DNA from: Opitutales bacterium
GTDB taxonomy: Bacteria > Verrucomicrobiota > Verrucomicrobiia > Opitutales > PNEW01
Length of the DNA stretch: 64,000 bases
Assembly: GCA_965197745.1 (NCBI GenBank)
Contig: CBDANS010000007.1
Location: 608,001 to 672,000 of the forward strand
Direction of reading: 5' to 3'
Shown here: positions 61,021-64,000 of the stretch, in pieces
Layout of the letters: each line of letters opens with the position of its first letter
Position numbering within the stretch: the stretch's first letter is position 1
Notes under the pieces: model-generated
What the model saw: the letters and a program-made list of their open reading frames with translations, nothing else
Database searches by the model: none
Told to the model about the DNA's origin: nothing
Translations under genes and position numbers: made by a program

Positions 61021-61485
61021 GCGAAAAATGGCGGGGATCGATCAACACTATAATTAAATCACTATTCATCGCGTTTCAGCTTAAAAGGGCAGGGGTAATC
61101 TACGGCCTAATTCAATACACACTTTATGTTGCTACATATTACAATGATCATTTATAGATTTAATACAAGTGATATACAATAGGGTATGATACGGACATCC
61201 TATGTAGGGAGTAATACGGACAAGGAAACCGGATTATCTAATGAACCTTTTTGTAAAAGAAATGTTAAAGTATTTTTGTTGCTTAATTACACTGAGTTTC
61301 TTCCGACACTCAGATCGGTAAGTGATGACCGCAGACCCTGCATTGACTCCAGAATCAAATAAAAGAAATATATTATTAATTGCCTGTTCGAACACAGAGA
61401 GCAGGTATATTAAATGAAGACGAAGACAAAGACTTCGGCATTTCCAAGGGCCATTAAATACTGACCTATCAGCTGCCCGGAATAA

Positions 61486-62967
61486 TTAAGGAAGCGGGAT
61501 TTCTACTGAGACTTCCGTTCCATTTTGTAGTGAAGACTCAACGGCTAAATTACCTTTTATCAACGCGGATCGCTCATTCATACTGAGCAGCCCCATACCC
61601 GAAGGTCGATCGATATTAATATTCCTGTTATTCTCACAGTTAAAACCTTTACCGTTATCTTTGATCCTTAATTTCAAGCTATCTTTAAGTCGTGTTAAAC
61701 GCACAATGACCCTTGTTGCTTCCGCATGCTTAACTACGTTATTTAAAGCTTCCTGAACAATACGGTAAAGCACCAGTTCTACATCTTGTGGCATCCGCTT
61801 ATAAATTCCTGAAAAATTAATCTCAATTTCCAAGTCAGTCCGGTCCATCACTTCGTTACATATATTACACAATGCCACTTCCAGACCGAGATCCTCCAGT
61901 TCAAAGGGCATTAAATTATTAGAAATGCGCCTGATCTCCTGGATGCTTCGCTCGAGGAGATCTTTGACCATTCTGATTTGTTTTAATACCTCCGGTTGAT
62001 CTATTTGTAAAATGCTTTTTTCCACTGATTGGATGCGGAAACGGATAGATGAAAGGAGTTGATTAACGCTGTCGTGAAGGTCTCTTGCGATGCGATGGCG
62101 CTCATGCTCCTGCGCGGTAAAGATACTGCGGGAGAGGGATTGCAGCCTTTCTTCCGCCTGTTTAAGCTCAGTTATATCAAGACCTGTGGCCATGAGGCCG
62201 ATAATTTCACCACCCTCATCTTTGATCGGGATTTTAGATCTGAGATGCCACCGCTGTTCTCCTTTGGGGTCTTTTGTCAATGATTCGTCGTTAATCATGG
62301 GATTATCGGAATTTATAATTTCTTTATCCTCAATCATTGATTTCTTAAAGTTTTCAATGGCGTCTTCTGGAACCAATTCTGCAATCGTCTTGCCGATGGC
62401 ATCGAGCGGATTTTTCAAGCCGAGATATTCTGCGTAACTTTTATTCAGCGTGACGTACCTGGTTTTTAAATCTTTTGTATATATTATATTAGGCAATTCG
62501 TCCAGCAAAATACGAAAGAGGTTACGCTCCTGCTCCAGAGAAAACTGGGCATGCTTGTAGGGCGTAACGTCTTCTGCGATTGATAATACCGCGTAGCATT
62601 TTCCGTGATCATCGACTACCGGTAAACGCGAAATCAATTGCCACATTTCATTACTTTTCAAGTCTTTAGCTTTACTTTCGCGATGGATTATGGGCAGGCC
62701 GGTCCTTATAACTTCACTCCCCTCGCTAACCGCTTTTTCAGCTGATACTTTAAATTCAGCGGGGACAAGATCGGTGATCTTTTTGCCAGTAGCATCCTTA
62801 GGGTTCTTTAATCCAAGAAAAGTGGCGTAACTTTTGTTAATGATTAGAAAACTGCCCCTGGCATCCATTACATATAAAAAAATCGCTCCATCGTGATCCA
62901 TTAATGCGCGCCACAAATCCCGCTCTTTATGATTATTCTCGGTTCTATGGTGATGTAATTCTGGCAC
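61486..62967 (-). CDS. PAS-PAS HisKA_3 sensor histidine kinase
   Basis: Two PAS domains; ERHRIARDLHD, QEALNNVVKHA, DNGKGF, GMGL. Confidence 0.92.
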   Translation of the reverse strand: MPELHHHRTENNHKERDLWRALMDHDGAIFLYVMDARGSFLIINKSYATFLGLKNPKDATGKKITDLVPAEFKVSAEKAVSEGSEVIRTGLPIIHRESKAKDLKSNEMWQLISRLPVVDDHGKCYAVLSIAEDVTPYKHAQFSLEQERNLFRILLDELPNIIYTKDLKTRYVTLNKSYAEYLGLKNPLDAIGKTIAELVPEDAIENFKKSMIEDKEIINSDNPMINDESLTKDPKGEQRWHLRSKIPIKDEGGEIIGLMATGLDITELKQAEERLQSLSRSIFTAQEHERHRIARDLHDSVNQLLSSIRFRIQSVEKSILQIDQPEVLKQIRMVKDLLERSIQEIRRISNNLMPFELEDLGLEVALCNICNEVMDRTDLEIEINFSGIYKRMPQDVELVLYRIVQEALNNVVKHAEATRVIVRLTRLKDSLKLRIKDNGKGFNCENNRNINIDRPSGMGLLSMNERSALIKGNLAVESSLQNGTEVSVEIPLP

Positions 62968-63332
62968 TGGTGGGAGCGTGTTTCATACTGGGGTTAAAGC
63001 CTTTTCATATTTATCCTGCAACTGCTTATGCGTTGTAAGAGAGGGTATTAATCTGACGATATGACGGTGCAACATCATTAATTATTAACGGGTAATTCAT
63101 TTATCTTACACTCATGTTTCATCTGTTCGCCTATATGTCCGGGTGGAATATTGCCTTGAATAGAAACTTAAATTCGAGTCCTGGAACCGAGGACTAGAGA
63201 AATCCACTATTATCTTCAATAAAATACAGGTATCCATGTATTCTAAATTAGCGGAAAATAATTAATAATGGGAAGATAAGAAATAGGCTTAGAAGCGAAA
63301 AAAATGAGATAAAATTTCCAAATAAAACTGTT

Positions 63333-63736
63333 TTGAACCCGATAATTATTACTGCCGGCAAAGAATCACACACAGTGTTAATAGTTGATGATAATAAATT
63401 TATGCATCGACTGATAGCGGATGTGCTGAATAGGCCAAAAATTAGGTTTTACCATGCTTTTAGCGGGGAGGAAGTGTATCACACTTTAATGAGCATAGAG
63501 ATTAACTGCATTTTCATGGATTTTATCATGCCGCATAGTAGTGGGGGCAAGGTCACAGATATAATCAGAAAAGCGTATAAAAATAAGAAGATATATATAA
63601 TCGGAATGACCGGTACGATTGGGGGGATGAGGAGAAAGTGTGTTTTCAATGTGGAATGGATGCATTTTTGAGAAAACCTTTTGATAGCGATAAACTGTCA
63701 GGTGCGTTCAATAAATATTTAGAATCTATAATCTAA
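63333..63736 (+). CDS. Single-domain response regulator, frameshift in G-run at ~63621-63626
   Basis: VDDN, MDFIMP; shifted frame gives CGMDAFLRKPF. Confidence 0.7.
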
Positions 63737-63786
63737 AACCGCGAATCAGTGTGTAAGAAAATTGTTGCTTAGAAGATTGAACCAAA

Positions 63787-64000
63787 ATGGGAAAAATTGA
63801 TTTAGAAAATTACGCGATTCTCTATGTAGATGACGAGGAAAAGTCTCTGCAAATATTTAAGCGCGCTTTTAGGGATCAGTTTACGATCTATACTGCTGCC
63901 AGTGCAAAAGAAGGGTACCGGATATTTGAGGATCATAAAGACGAGATTGGGCTCCTTATTGCTGATTAGAGGATGCCTGTTGAAAGAGGGGTTCAATTAT
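63787..64000 (+). pseudogene. Receiver-domain gene with in-frame TAG (D*RMP for DQRMP); runs off the window
   Basis: ILYVDDE...LLIAD TAG AGG ATG CCT. Confidence 0.7.

Noticed and set aside
33821..63736. Programmed frameshifting or genome-wide pseudogenisation (GNAT ~34621, M48 ~38030, aquaporin ~46937, FAD oxidoreductase ~49560, REC ~63625)
   Set aside because: Most are fixed by adding one base to a short G/C run, the pattern of long-read consensus errors. They cannot be called biological without reads.

Overview
Bacterial chromosomal window, most likely Verrucomicrobiota (Opitutales-like; inferred from gene content and repeat types). A housekeeping backbone (glmM, mlaEFDC, tsaD, cysI, rpiB, lptF, xseB, hemW, cysE, trxB, ftn, asd) is interleaved with a tRNA-Ser(CGA) hotspot followed by an ~18 kb Fe(II)/2OG-dioxygenase-rich catabolic cluster, and a decaying two-component/minor-pilin island after tRNA-Val(TAC). 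Main findings: (1) An IS110 element (50016-51266) whose 5' non-coding end holds a readable bridge RNA. Its target guides match the actual insertion flanks, its donor guides match the predicted circle junction (CT core), and its target is a dispersed hexamer-repeat mini-element with an empty sibling next door. (2) Two near-identical IS3 copies whose transposase is broken by two related 42- and 31-nt micro-insertions; exact removal of both restores one ORF with DD(35)E spacing. (3) Three 127-bp tandem units, each with an interrupted tRNA-Ser 5' half, directly upstream of the tRNA. (4) A four-helix-bundle gene flanked by heptamer arrays inside a 25-bp tRNA 3'-end duplication. An IS1595 with an 8-bp TSD splits a PhyH gene. 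Several single-base frameshifts in G/C runs are probably sequencing errors. No CRISPR array was found. All calls are from reading the sequence; no searches were run.
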